Source of the DNA: a virus
Lineage: Duplodnaviria > Caudoviricetes
DNA: 52,003 nucleotides
Strand: one strand, 5' to 3'
Virus record (IMG/VR): IMGVR_UViG_3300032163_000019
Span: 1 to 52,003 of that record
In this document: positions 28,076 to 36,693 of the stretch, piece by piece
Layout of the letters: each line of letters begins with the position of its first letter
Position numbering within the stretch: the stretch's first letter is position 1
The notes under the pieces: model-generated
The model's input: the letters and a program-made list of their open reading frames with translations, nothing else
Databases searched by the model: none
What the model was told of the DNA's origin: nothing
Program-made: the position numbers and the translations under genes

Positions 28076-28461
28076 AATTCAAGTTCAAATCTGAATCGAC
28101 GTTACGGCGGAAGATACTTGCGGTATTGCGAAAAGATGGATTCGCCGTATGGCCCATGGAAAACACGGTAGCCGTGGGAATGCCGGATATTTACGGCGTA
28201 ACGCCACAGGGGGATTGCTTTTGGATCGAAATAAAAGTAGGAAAAAACATATACGCAAACGATGGGAGCGCGAAACGCCAGCGTATATGGCATAGCGCGT
28301 ATTTGGCGAATGGGGGAAAAAACTTGTTCCGACTGCATTTTATGTCACCGATTACGGGGTTGTGGCGGTTAACCACCATCGTCGACGGAGGACAGTTTGA
28401 CGACTCGGTAAAATCGCGTTGTAAACATACACTCACAAGGAGTCTCGCATGGAGGATCTAA
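28072..28461 (+). CDS. VRR-NUC / Holliday junction resolvase-like PD-(D/E)xK nuclease
   Basis: ESTL...GMPDI...FWIEIK...QRIW motifs. Confidence 0.8.
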   Translation: MKFKFKSESTLRRKILAVLRKDGFAVWPMENTVAVGMPDIYGVTPQGDCFWIEIKVGKNIYANDGSAKRQRIWHSAYLANGGKNLFRLHFMSPITGLWRLTTIVDGGQFDDSVKSRCKHTLTRSLAWRI

Positions 28462-28643
28462 AATTAATACGGCGTATCATTAATTGGTGGCGGGACAAAC
28501 GCCACCAGGTTACGTTGTGGCAAGACAAACGCCGCCGACATAGGCGGCTCATCCAACTCGCTCTGGATGACGCGGCCAAACAACGTCGCGCCAAAACGAC
28601 ATTGCGCGGCCATCGCGTGACCACGAAACAACTAAACAACTAA
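28449..28643 (+). CDS. Basic hypothetical protein
   Basis: AAGGAG RBS. Confidence 0.5.
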   Translation: MEDLKLIRRIINWWRDKRHQVTLWQDKRRRHRRLIQLALDDAAKQRRAKTTLRGHRVTTKQLNN

Positions 28644-28680
28644 ACAACTAAACAACTAAACAACTAAACAACTAAACAAC
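28626..28680 (+). repeat. 8-bp tandem repeat AAACAACT, about 7 copies
   Basis: Read directly; spans a stop codon and abuts the next RBS. Confidence 0.95.
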
Positions 28681-28691
28681 GGAGATAAATA

Positions 28692-28898
28692 ATGACAGCC
28701 AGGGAGCTAATGATGCTACTGATGAAGTGTCCGACGGAAACGCCTGTAATGTTGGGGGATCATCCCAAAAGCAAAGCTGGCGCTAACATAATGAGTCCGG
28801 TTTGCGCGGCGGCGCCGTATAAAATCGCCGATACGGACAAGATATATTGTGACGATGACGTATCGTACACGGGAAAGGTGTTTGTACTATGGCCATGA
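28692..28898 (+). CDS. Hypothetical protein
   Basis: GGAG RBS; MTARELMMLLMKCP start common in phage proteins. Confidence 0.65.
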   Translation: MTARELMMLLMKCPTETPVMLGDHPKSKAGANIMSPVCAAAPYKIADTDKIYCDDDVSYTGKVFVLWP

Positions 28899-29086
28899 AC
28901 GACGTCGCCGCGTGCCACGGCAAAGATTGCGGTAAAAAACAAACATGCCATCGGTATTTATTAGGCGAGCGACGCATAAAGAGAGCGCTCAAATACCCGG
29001 AGGAAAAAACAAACGGGTATTACGCCTGCTTTGATGACGATCCCACTTGTGACGCTTATGCGGAGGGATATGACGATGGAAAATGA
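28889..29086 (+). CDS. Small Cys-rich hypothetical protein
   Basis: DVAACHGKDCGKKQTCHRY motif. Confidence 0.65.
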   Translation: MAMNDVAACHGKDCGKKQTCHRYLLGERRIKRALKYPEEKTNGYYACFDDDPTCDAYAEGYDDGK

Positions 29087-29861
29087 AAATGAAAATGAAA
29101 ATGAAAATGAAAATGAAAATGAAATGACGGAAGGCGAAAACAATAAACCGGTTTCCCCGCCTAAACGGGTAATAGCGAAACCGATTGAATACCGCCCAAA
29201 CGGAGCGCCTATATTTGCGCGTGACCCAGCGCGGCAAAACCGCGTCATTTGCGGCGCAAAAAAACACAAACAAAACGCTATTTGCCGCAGGTCCCCCGTT
29301 GTTGGCCGAGGCCGCTGTAAATTGCACGGGGGTAAAACATTGCAAGGAGCCGCGGTGCCGGGATACCGGCACGGGCGCCATAGCAAGTATCTCCCCGCCG
29401 GGTTGCTGGTAAAATATGACGTCGCGCAAAACGATCCCAACCTATTATCTTTGCGCGAAGAAATCGTTTTAGTGGACACGCGCTTAAACGATCTGCTCTC
29501 CAAACTACACATCGAGGGGGACGAACCGCTTTGGGGTAAGCTGGGTAAAGCGTGGGAAAACTTTACTTCCGCCACCACGGAGGATAAGGCCGCTTCGGCG
29601 AAAAACGACGTACAAAAAATTATTGATCTCGGTATTCAGGAGACGGGGACATGGCGAGAAATATATTCCGTGGTGGATCAACGCCGAAAACTGGTTGAAG
29701 GCGAAGTGAAACGCTTCCAGGTGATGGGGCAAATGATAACCGCCGAACGGTTAACGATGATCCTGGGTAAATTGGCGGAATCAATAAAAGCAAACGTCAC
29801 TGACCCGCGCCAAATGCGAACCGTTATTACCGATATTACGAATATTATTACCGGTAAATAA
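29076..29861 (+). CDS. Terminase small subunit-like protein with an HGGxSTG-type domain
   Basis: CGAK...CRR...GRCKLHGGKT...HGRHSKYLP; abuts the large terminase. Confidence 0.75.
   Translation: MENENENENENENENEMTEGENNKPVSPPKRVIAKPIEYRPNGAPIFARDPARQNRVICGAKKHKQNAICRRSPVVGRGRCKLHGGKTLQGAAVPGYRHGRHSKYLPAGLLVKYDVAQNDPNLLSLREEIVLVDTRLNDLLSKLHIEGDEPLWGKLGKAWENFTSATTEDKAASAKNDVQKIIDLGIQETGTWREIYSVVDQRRKLVEGEVKRFQVMGQMITAERLTMILGKLAESIKANVTDPRQMRTVITDITNIITGK
29079..29120 (+). repeat. GAAAAT x7 encoding (EN)7
   Basis: Read directly from the sequence. Confidence 0.95.
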
Positions 29862-31249
29862 TGGAACTCCTTATCGCGAATGACCCGGAAACGCTGGAAC
29901 AACGCGCGTTAAAACAATTCCTCCGCGATTTGGATACGACGCGAATCGATGACAATTTCCATACGTGGCTAAAAACCGTCACGCCATACTGGCATTGGGA
30001 TTGGGATCATCAAATATATCTGTATCCGTATCTGGAGAAAGTCGTTTCCGGCGATATCAAACGATTGATTATTTCGATGCCGCCGCGCCACGGGAAAACA
30101 GAAATGATAACCGTCCGCCTACCCATCTATCTCCTCGAAAGGTGGCCGTATAAAAAAGTTATACTAGGGGCGTACAACCAAACCGTCGCTAACAATTTTT
30201 CGCGCAAAAGTTTGAAGGTGGCGAAAAACCGGTTGAACCTTAGCCGCGATAAGCAGGCCGCCAGCGAATGGGAAACGGCGGAAAACGGCGGATACAGAGC
30301 CGTGGGCGTCGGTTCCGGAATTACCGGGTTTGGCGGAGACCTCATTTTAATTGACGATCCCGTCAAAAATATCGAAGAAGCTCGAAGCAGGCTGTACCAG
30401 GAAAAAACGTTCGACTGGTATAAAAACGATTTAGCCACGCGCCTAGAGCCCGACGGACGGATGATAATAATTATGACCCGCTGGAGTGACGGCGATCTCG
30501 CCGGACGAATTATGGCGAGCGAGGAAGGCCCCGATTTTACGGTGATAAATTTACCGGCATTAGCGGAAACAAACGATCCGTTAGGGCGCGTCGAGGGAAC
30601 GGCGCTTTGTCCCGCTCGATATGACGCCACTGATTTATGGCTTTTAAAACGACGGATGGGGCAAGATTTTTATGCGTTGTACCAAGGGTCTCCCGTCGCG
30701 GCGGAGGGAGCCATGTTCAAGGCGGACTGGTGGAATTACTATAAAGAGCTCCCGGATAAAACGCTGTGGAAGCGGCGGATCGTCTCCATGGATACCGCAT
30801 TTAAAACGGGGAAGGCGTCCGATTATACCGCCATTATTTGCGCCATAGAAACTACAAACGGTAAAATTTATATAACTAATGTCATCCGCGAAAAACTGGA
30901 ATTCCCGGAATTAAAACGAAGGCTGACTTCCATCATCCAGGAATTCCCCGTGGACGCATTGTTGATCGAAGACAAAGCGTCCGGGCAAAGCCTCGTCCAG
31001 GAGTTACAACGCGGTACGGGCCTTCCCGTTTTGCCCATCAAAGTTTCCGCCGATAAAATTAGCAGAGCGGCGGCCGCGGCGCCAACAATTGAAGCCGGTA
31101 ATATTTATATTAAAGACGGAGCCGATTGGGTGGCGGAATTTATTTTCGAGTTATCCAGATTTCCGGCGGGGGCGCATGACGATCAAACCGACGCTCTCAC
31201 GCAACTAATCAACTGGGTTCGAGGCGGATCGGGAGATATGATATGGTAG
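29861..31249 (+). CDS. terL: Terminase large subunit
   Basis: MPPRHGKT, ILIDDP, MTRW, LYQG, IEDKASG and HDDQTDA motifs. Confidence 0.95.
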   Translation: MELLIANDPETLEQRALKQFLRDLDTTRIDDNFHTWLKTVTPYWHWDWDHQIYLYPYLEKVVSGDIKRLIISMPPRHGKTEMITVRLPIYLLERWPYKKVILGAYNQTVANNFSRKSLKVAKNRLNLSRDKQAASEWETAENGGYRAVGVGSGITGFGGDLILIDDPVKNIEEARSRLYQEKTFDWYKNDLATRLEPDGRMIIIMTRWSDGDLAGRIMASEEGPDFTVINLPALAETNDPLGRVEGTALCPARYDATDLWLLKRRMGQDFYALYQGSPVAAEGAMFKADWWNYYKELPDKTLWKRRIVSMDTAFKTGKASDYTAIICAIETTNGKIYITNVIREKLEFPELKRRLTSIIQEFPVDALLIEDKASGQSLVQELQRGTGLPVLPIKVSADKISRAAAAAPTIEAGNIYIKDGADWVAEFIFELSRFPAGAHDDQTDALTQLINWVRGGSGDMIW

Positions 31250-31261
31250 CGTTATACCCAC

Positions 31262-31306
31262 ATTACGGGCGCGAGGATTTTGAAGGCGGAGAATTATCAT
31301 GGATAG
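31262..31306 (+). pseudogene. Probable 3' remnant of a HigB/RelE-type toxin gene
   Basis: Start-less frame ITGARILKAENYHG* overlaps the higA start and resembles HigB C-termini ending in D/N-Y-H. Confidence 0.5.
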
Positions 31307-31595
31307 TACGATGAATTACGTTTCCCCGGTTCCTATTCCACCAGGAGAAACGCTTAAAGATGTTTTGGCGGAAAAGAGGATGACCCAGACCGACCTGGCC
31401 ATGCGGATGGGCCGCCCGATAAAGACCATCAATGGCGTCATCAAGGGAGACACGCCGATCACCGCCACAACCGCCGTTCAACTGGAATACGCCTTAAACG
31501 TCCCTGCGTATTTCTGGTTGAACCTGGAATCGGCGTACCAGACGGCGCGGGCGCTCTACCTCCCCCCCCCTCCCATAGGATGCGTACCAATATAA
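31299..31595 (+). CDS. higA: HigA-family antitoxin / HTH-XRE protein (orphan)
   Basis: PPGETL...MTQTDLAMRMGRP.KTIN..IKG...IT..TA.QLE..L.VPA.FWLNLE..Y signature. Confidence 0.85.
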   Translation: MDSTMNYVSPVPIPPGETLKDVLAEKRMTQTDLAMRMGRPIKTINGVIKGDTPITATTAVQLEYALNVPAYFWLNLESAYQTARALYLPPPPIGCVPI

Positions 31596-31600
31596 TAGAT

Positions 31601-31616
31601 TGCAATATCCATGCCG
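31601..31616 (-). promoter_or_regulatory. Reverse-oriented sigma54-like -24/-12 element
   Basis: The minus strand reads CGGCATGGATATTGCA (GG-N10-GC). Confidence 0.5.
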
Positions 31617-31627
31617 GTCAAATAGCG

Positions 31628-31754
31628 TAACGTTTCGGCTTAACGTTTCGTTCGATGTTTTAACATTTTAGCGCATCGAAACGTTAAAATATTAGCCGCC
31701 CATAAACATAACCCTTTGATTTTATTGCAGTTTTACTTTGGTACGCGGTATGCA
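31628..31754 (+). promoter_or_regulatory. Sigma54-type promoter with IHF site and upstream repeats, heading the accessory island
   Basis: TGGTACGCGGTATGCA (GG-N10-GC, 31739-31754); TAACCCTTTGATT is the reverse IHF consensus (31709-31721); TAACGTTTCG x2 plus an inverted copy (31628-31686). Confidence 0.7.
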
Positions 31755-31802
31755 ATATTAAGGATTGTACGGCGGAATCAAACAAAAGAATGGGAGGGAA
31801 AA

Positions 31803-32069
31803 ATGAAAATGAAAATGACCTGCAGAACCAATAGCACCGGCAAGGTAACCCTCGCATACGCTACTGTGGACGGCCGCGTCGAGAGGAGTTTTTTTACTCC
31901 ACGAAACGGCGGCTACATCTGGGAGGAATTCCTTGGCCGTCCGGGAACGTTAGGCCAGCAGGTGGGTCCCCGGCTGGGGCATAGCGGCAATATGTTATCA
32001 TGTTCCCGGATCGAAAATCTCGCCGTTGTAATTCGCCGAGAATATCGCGCGCTAAGGAGGGGAAAATGA
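31803..32069 (+). CDS. Hypothetical protein, first gene of the island
   Basis: GGGAGG RBS; follows the sigma54 promoter. Confidence 0.7.
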   Translation: MKMKMTCRTNSTGKVTLAYATVDGRVERSFFTPRNGGYIWEEFLGRPGTLGQQVGPRLGHSGNMLSCSRIENLAVVIRREYRALRRGK

Positions 32070-32302
32070 ACACAAAAAACCTGTTGATAGCCACTATCGC
32101 GGCCAGCCATCCGGAAGGAGGGCGCGTCAAAATCGTATGCCAGCGGGATGGAGACCGGCTCCGCTGGTACGGGGTGGAGGGCGCCGATCTCCAGGATACC
32201 GAGGTATCCGTGGCATTGGCCGCTGGAATCGAAGCCGCCAAGCTGGCTTGCCACGCGGCGTGGGGCGCACCCTGCTGGGAATTGCGGCCAAACTGGAGAT
32301 AA
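32066..32302 (+). CDS. Hypothetical protein
   Basis: AAGGAGG RBS; ATGA overlap with the previous gene. Confidence 0.7.
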   Translation: MNTKNLLIATIAASHPEGGRVKIVCQRDGDRLRWYGVEGADLQDTEVSVALAAGIEAAKLACHAAWGAPCWELRPNWR

Positions 32303-32370
32303 TCAGGGCAAGTTGCCCACCCGGCCCGGCGATTTCCGGGAGTAATAAAAAACATAAAGAGGAGGAGGAT

Positions 32371-32628
32371 ATGGACACGACGACGAAAACGAACCGCGCC
32401 TATATAACGCGGGGACTGGGCAACGGTACTGTCTTTGACCAGCGCGTTTTTGGAACGCATAAAAACGCCGTGACGTATGTCGCCCATGTGCGGGCGGAAA
32501 CATGCCAATGCAATAGCGTGGTGGAGGGGCCGGATAGCATCGGCTGCCAACACGTGGGAGTGCACGCTCTGGTTTTCACGTCAAAAATATCCCGGAAACG
32601 GGGCGTGATTTTTGCGGGCGCGTTTTGA
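32371..32628 (+). CDS. Hypothetical cassette gene
   Basis: Leader plus GGAGGAGG RBS. Confidence 0.7.
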   Translation: MDTTTKTNRAYITRGLGNGTVFDQRVFGTHKNAVTYVAHVRAETCQCNSVVEGPDSIGCQHVGVHALVFTSKISRKRGVIFAGAF

Positions 32629-32696
32629 TTAAAACTATGAAAAGCGGGGAAAAAACATGTTAGACAAAAAACACAGTCTAAAAGGAAGGGAAAATC

Positions 32697-33158
32697 ATGG
32701 GATGGGAATCGATCACCGCAACATGCGGCCACAGATATAATGAGCAGATGTACGGGCCGCATAAAGGCCGGGATAGCCGGGTGAAGTGGCTCTCCGAGCG
32801 GATATGCCCTGACTGCCTGGCGGCGGAGCGGGCCAGTGAGGCCGCTAAAGCAGGCGAGCGGGCAAAATCGTCCGGCCTGCCGGCCCTCACCGGCTCCCCA
32901 AAACAAATCGTTTGGGCGGAGCAGATCCGCCAGACGGCCCTCCCGCGGATCGCCGAAGCCCTGGCCCAGGCGCGAAGCAGAATCAAAGCCGGACTCAATG
33001 CGGAGCAGGCCACGCGGGCGGACCGCTACTTGGAGATAATCGAGGGTATGGGCGGTAACGCCTCCGCCGTCTGGTGGATCGATCACCGCAATTACCTCCA
33101 GTCCGCCACGATCCAAGCGGACGCCCAAGCCGCCCTCAAAACGGAGCTGGGGTTATGA
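32697..33158 (+). CDS. Conserved phage protein with a Zn-binding N-terminus and LTGSxKQIxWAExIR / WWIDxR motifs
   Basis: CGH...CPDC; the motif recurs in phage early genes; function unknown. Confidence 0.8.
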   Translation: MGWESITATCGHRYNEQMYGPHKGRDSRVKWLSERICPDCLAAERASEAAKAGERAKSSGLPALTGSPKQIVWAEQIRQTALPRIAEALAQARSRIKAGLNAEQATRADRYLEIIEGMGGNASAVWWIDHRNYLQSATIQADAQAALKTELGL

Positions 33159-33213
33159 AGGGCATCCACACTACAAAAACACAAACAGGAACTGAAAAAC
33201 AAGGAGAAAAACC

Positions 33214-33411
33214 GTGGACACGGCAATAGATTGGGCGGCCTGGACGGCGGCCAAGGCGTTGAGGTTGAGGCGGGCGGCGGAACGGGCGGCGGGATCGGCG
33301 GCGGAGGCGATGGCGAGGGCGGAGCAGGCGGAACGGGCGGCGGAACGGGCGGCGGCCAGGGCGCGAGGGGAAATCGTGGACTGGGATTATTGGCAAAACG
33401 AGGAGGACTAG
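33214..33411 (+). CDS. Ala-rich helical protein (AAW family)
   Basis: AAGGAG RBS; AAERAA repeats. Confidence 0.65.
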   Translation: MDTAIDWAAWTAAKALRLRRAAERAAGSAAEAMARAEQAERAAERAAARARGEIVDWDYWQNEED

Positions 33412-33414
33412 ATT

Positions 33415-33657
33415 ATGGCCGACGATGATGAGGATACTAACTACAACGATAAGCTGAGTGTTTTGGACGACGCGGAAACAGCCTTTGCTACGGCCCTGGC
33501 CGCGGCGGAATTAGCGAACGCCCAGGAAGCGCCGCGTGAAATACAAATAGGACTGTGGCGAAACGCCCGCCAAGCCAGGAAACTGGCGGAGGATGCGGCA
33601 TGGAGTTGTTTTTTGGATGTGGAAAAAGCCGCGGGCCGATGCAACAACGGGCGGTAA
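33415..33657 (+). CDS. Acidic Ala-rich helical protein (AEDAAW family)
   Basis: GAGGAGG RBS. Confidence 0.7.
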   Translation: MADDDEDTNYNDKLSVLDDAETAFATALAAAELANAQEAPREIQIGLWRNARQARKLAEDAAWSCFLDVEKAAGRCNNGR

Positions 33658-33710
33658 TCGCTACCCGGCCCGGCGGAAACCGGGAGTAATAAAAAACATG
33701 AAAAGGAAAA

Positions 33711-33959
33711 GTGAGGAAGAAAGTGTTAGACAAAGAACACAACCTAAAAATGCTAAATAAAGCGGCATACGACGCGGAGGACGCCGCGGAAGACGCCAGA
33801 TTAGCCGCGGAAGACGCACTTGACAAACTAAACCTGGCCAGGGCCACGTGGGAGGAAGCGGACCAAGCCTCGTGGGTGGCGGAGCGCGCCGCATGGGCCG
33901 CCAGAATGGGAGTGGAAAAAGCGGAAGACGCGGCTGAGGACGGCGAAAACCGAGAGTAA
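33711..33959 (+). CDS. Ala/Glu-rich helical protein (AEDAA/AAW family)
   Basis: Follows a leader; its stop codon lies inside the next leader. Confidence 0.7.
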   Translation: MRKKVLDKEHNLKMLNKAAYDAEDAAEDARLAAEDALDKLNLARATWEEADQASWVAERAAWAARMGVEKAEDAAEDGENRE

Positions 33960-33967
33960 TGAAAAAC

Positions 33968-34201
33968 ATGAAAAAGAAAATAATAGTGGGAATTACCCCC
34001 GCCACCCCCACCGCTTGCTCTTGGTTAGGGTGGAAGGATGATTGCGTCATGGAGGATGATCGACGGGGTTCATATTGCCTGGCGTTTGGGGTCAGGCTGA
34101 AAAGGGAACGGGGCAAAACCTCCCGCCTCGCGGAGTGCGTCAAGGCGGAAACCGGGAGTAATAAAAATCATAAAAACAAGGAGGAAAACGATGGACACTG
34201 A
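33968..34201 (+). CDS. Cys-containing hypothetical cassette gene
   Basis: Follows the degenerate leader and reads through the next one. Confidence 0.55.
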   Translation: MKKKIIVGITPATPTACSWLGWKDDCVMEDDRRGSYCLAFGVRLKRERGKTSRLAECVKAETGSNKNHKNKEENDGH

Positions 34202-34733
34202 GTTTGATTTCGACGACGGGAAGGGTCCTATCCCGGCTCACAAACATTCCAACGGAGGAGGCTGGGTTGCGGACACCGCGTCCGTGGCCGACACAGCGCA
34301 CGTCGGCCCGGATGCCTGGGTAAGCGAAAATGCCTGGGTGGGCGATAATGCCCGCGTGACGGAAAATGCCCGCGTGGGCGGAACTGCCCGCGTGTATGGC
34401 CAATCGATAGTGAGCGGAAATGCCTGGGTGGGCGATAATGCCCGCGTGACGGAAAATGCCCGCGTGGGCGGAAATGCCTGGGTAAGCGAAAATGCCTGGG
34501 TGACGGAAAATGCCCGCGTGGGCGGAAATGCCTGGGTAAGCGAAAATGCCTGGGTGACGGAAAATGCCTGGGTGGGCGATAATGCCCGCGTGAGCGGAAA
34601 TGCCCGCGTGTATGGCCAGTCGATAGTGAGCGGAAATGCCCGCGTGTATGGCCAGTCGATAGTGAGCGGAAATGCGCGGATAAGCGGGGAGGCCCGCGTG
34701 TATGGAGATATGGAGGAAACGGGACGATTATGA
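34191..34733 (+). CDS. Hexapeptide-repeat (LbH) protein, paralog 2
   Basis: EFDFDDGKGPIPAHKHSNGGGWVADTA head plus NAWVxx/NARVxx repeats. Confidence 0.88.
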   Translation: MDTEFDFDDGKGPIPAHKHSNGGGWVADTASVADTAHVGPDAWVSENAWVGDNARVTENARVGGTARVYGQSIVSGNAWVGDNARVTENARVGGNAWVSENAWVTENARVGGNAWVSENAWVTENAWVGDNARVSGNARVYGQSIVSGNARVYGQSIVSGNARISGEARVYGDMEETGRL

Positions 34734-34755
34734 ACGGGGAGGAGGGGGAACGCGC

Positions 34756-35019
34756 ATGAAAAAAAGAACGGTAATAAAAATCATTACGGCGAGACAACGA
34801 CTCATCTGGAACATGGCGTGTGAAAAAGCCGAACACGCTATGCAAGAACTCCAAAAACTAATGACTATTATACACTGGGGAACTCGGCGTAAAATAATCA
34901 TCAGACCCCTGGGCCGAACGATTATTGATGATTTTTTGGAACGCGATCTCGCGCGGGACGATAATTATGCGGCCCTGTTCGCATTTATGATCCGCCAAAA
35001 CAGAGTTACAAGGGGATAA
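34756..35019 (+). CDS. Hypothetical protein
   Basis: GGAGG RBS. Confidence 0.6.
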   Translation: MKKRTVIKIITARQRLIWNMACEKAEHAMQELQKLMTIIHWGTRRKIIIRPLGRTIIDDFLERDLARDDNYAALFAFMIRQNRVTRG

Positions 35020-35021
35020 TT

Positions 35022-35237
35022 ATGTTTATGTATCACCAACACAGGGCGCTCTCCAGTAGAGTGCTCGCCGTACAATTATTGCATCCAGACGGGTATTGGA
35101 CGGCGTACATCGACGCCGTCGAAGGGCTTAATCACCGCGTCGAGGCCCACGAAGTAGCCAGGACGGGTACAAAACTTTCCATGACATTGGCTTGCGTGGT
35201 GTTCCCCGGTTTTGATCGGTCACTTTACCAAGGGTAA
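35022..35237 (+). CDS. Hypothetical protein
   Basis: WTAYIDAV.G..H..E...VA..GTKL motif; operon context. Confidence 0.65.
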   Translation: MFMYHQHRALSSRVLAVQLLHPDGYWTAYIDAVEGLNHRVEAHEVARTGTKLSMTLACVVFPGFDRSLYQG

Positions 35238-35305
35238 ATAAACGGTACAGCCCGGCCCAGCGGAAACCGGGAGTAATAAAAACCATGAAAACAAGGAGGA
35301 AAACG

Positions 35306-35503
35306 ATGGACACGAAGATTAAGATAAGTAAAGAAAAAATATTAGCGGCGCTAAACGACGCTCGCATGGCATATCGCGTGGCCAAGAGTGCCGCGGAAGC
35401 GGCGAAACAAGCGGCTTGGGAGGCGGAGGACGCTGCGTGGAAGGCGGAGGTAACAGTTTGGGAACAGGAGCGAACGCTCCTGGGAGCGGAGCGAAAATTA
35501 TGA
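35306..35503 (+). CDS. Ala-rich helical protein (AAWEAEDAAW family)
   Basis: Leader plus AAGGAGG RBS. Confidence 0.75.
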   Translation: MDTKIKISKEKILAALNDARMAYRVAKSAAEAAKQAAWEAEDAAWKAEVTVWEQERTLLGAERKL

Positions 35504-35540
35504 TAACGACGGCCCGGCGATATCCGGGAGTAATAAAAAT

Positions 35541-35903
35541 ATGGAGGACGGAAAAATGGAAATGAAACAGATAGTGCTGAACGCCATGGGCTGGCCCCAA
35601 TATGAGGGCACCCTGAACCTCTATCGAGCGGCGGCGGATAACCTCGACGCCGCGAATAGCGCATGTGGCGGATATCACCGGGTGGAGGCGGAGGAGGCGA
35701 AGGAGGCATACGATGACGTGGCGCGAGTGGCCAAGCTTTTCCCCGGCGCGGCGGCTTATGCGCAGGCAAGATCATTCCGCGCCGCCGCGAATGCGCTTAG
35801 ATCAGCGGCTGGGTTGCGGGCCATGGAGCGGATCGAGGCCGGAGAAGACCCAGCTTTGGTGGTAGTGGAGATGAAAAGGGAGTGGAGGGCGGCGGCGGAA
35901 TAG
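35541..35903 (+). CDS. Hypothetical cassette gene (start may be 35556)
   Basis: Follows a leader; FPGAAAY...AMERIEAGE motif. Confidence 0.7.
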   Translation: MEDGKMEMKQIVLNAMGWPQYEGTLNLYRAAADNLDAANSACGGYHRVEAEEAKEAYDDVARVAKLFPGAAAYAQARSFRAAANALRSAAGLRAMERIEAGEDPALVVVEMKREWRAAAE

Positions 35904-35974
35904 GGGCGGTAACGCCCACCCGGCCCGGCGGATTCCGGGAGTAAGAAAAAACATGAAAACAAGGAGGAAAAACC

Positions 35975-36490
35975 ATGAACACAGTTGAGTTTGATTTCGA
36001 GGACGGAAATGGGCCCGTCCCGGCCCACAGACACTGCAATGGCGGAGGCTGGGTGGCCGACTCCGCGTCCGTGGCCGCTACCGCATACGTCGGCCCGGAG
36101 GCTCGCGTCTACGGGAGGGCGGTAGTGCGCGATCACGCGAGCGTGGACGATCACGCGATCGTGTGCGATCAGGCGCTCGTGTGCGATCAGGTGCTCGTGT
36201 GCGATCAGGCGCTCGTGGGCGATCACGCGATCGTGCGCGGAAATGCGATCGTGGGCGGTCAGGCGCTCGTGCGCGAAAATGCGATCGTGTGCGATCAGGC
36301 GATCGTGGGCGATCACGCGATCGTGTGCGATCAGGCGGTAGTGCGCGATCACGCGATCGTGGGCGATCAGGCGCTCGTGTGCGATCAGGCGATCATGCGC
36401 GGCCGCGCGGTAGTAGGCGGGGACTCGCAATTGAGCGAGTGGGATATAGCCGGCGGCAACCACCCCTCGATCATGGGAGAAAATAAATGA
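35975..36490 (+). CDS. Hexapeptide-repeat (LbH) protein, paralog 3
   Basis: Same head domain; DHAIVC/DQALVC repeats. Confidence 0.88.
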   Translation: MNTVEFDFEDGNGPVPAHRHCNGGGWVADSASVAATAYVGPEARVYGRAVVRDHASVDDHAIVCDQALVCDQVLVCDQALVGDHAIVRGNAIVGGQALVRENAIVCDQAIVGDHAIVCDQAVVRDHAIVGDQALVCDQAIMRGRAVVGGDSQLSEWDIAGGNHPSIMGENK

Positions 36491-36491
36491 T

Positions 36492-36686
36492 ATCGCCGGA
36501 GCCGGTTTGCAATGGCGGCGCCCGCCCCTTGGGGACGTGGCTGAAAAGCGACGGCGCTTGCGGCCATCGTGAAAGCGGGCCGGTTCCGGTGATTTATAAA
36601 AAGGAAGACCGGCTGGCCGCCCTCTCACGCCGGTTTTCTTTGCGGGCCGGGCGGGTCCTCACCGTCCGGCCTTTTTAACCGCAAAG
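36492..36686 (+). ncRNA. Structured RNA candidate followed by an intrinsic terminator
   Basis: 19-bp stem 36492-36510/36575-36593 with G-U pairs; hairpin 36602-36640. Confidence 0.5.
36645..36676 (+). terminator. Rho-independent terminator
   Basis: GGCCGGGCGG-7 nt-CCGTCCGGCC-TTTTT. Confidence 0.7.
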
Positions 36687-36693
36687 GATCGGT

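Larger units (their letters stand above)
32306..35974 (+). repeat. Dispersed cassette leader repeats at about 32315, 33663, 33941 (degenerate), 34144 (5'-truncated), 35251, 35510 and 35914
   Basis: Consensus CCCGGCCCGG-CGRWWW-CCGGGAGTAATAAAAA-CATGAAAACAAGGAGGAAAA directly before start codons. Confidence 0.9.

Noticed and set aside
32306-35974. Integron attC sites as the identity of the cassette leader
   Set aside because: No tyrosine recombinase, no RYYYAAC...GTTRRRY box pair, and the element includes the RBS of the downstream gene.
23311-36628. Long alternative-frame and antisense ORFs over the LbH and Ala-rich genes
   Set aside because: Stop-free by-products of GC-rich repeats; the + strand frames have the RBS and conserved heads.
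36487-36678. 63-aa ORF
   Set aside because: It coincides with extensive base-pairing and a terminator; better explained as structured RNA, although it has an ATGA overlap and is not excluded.
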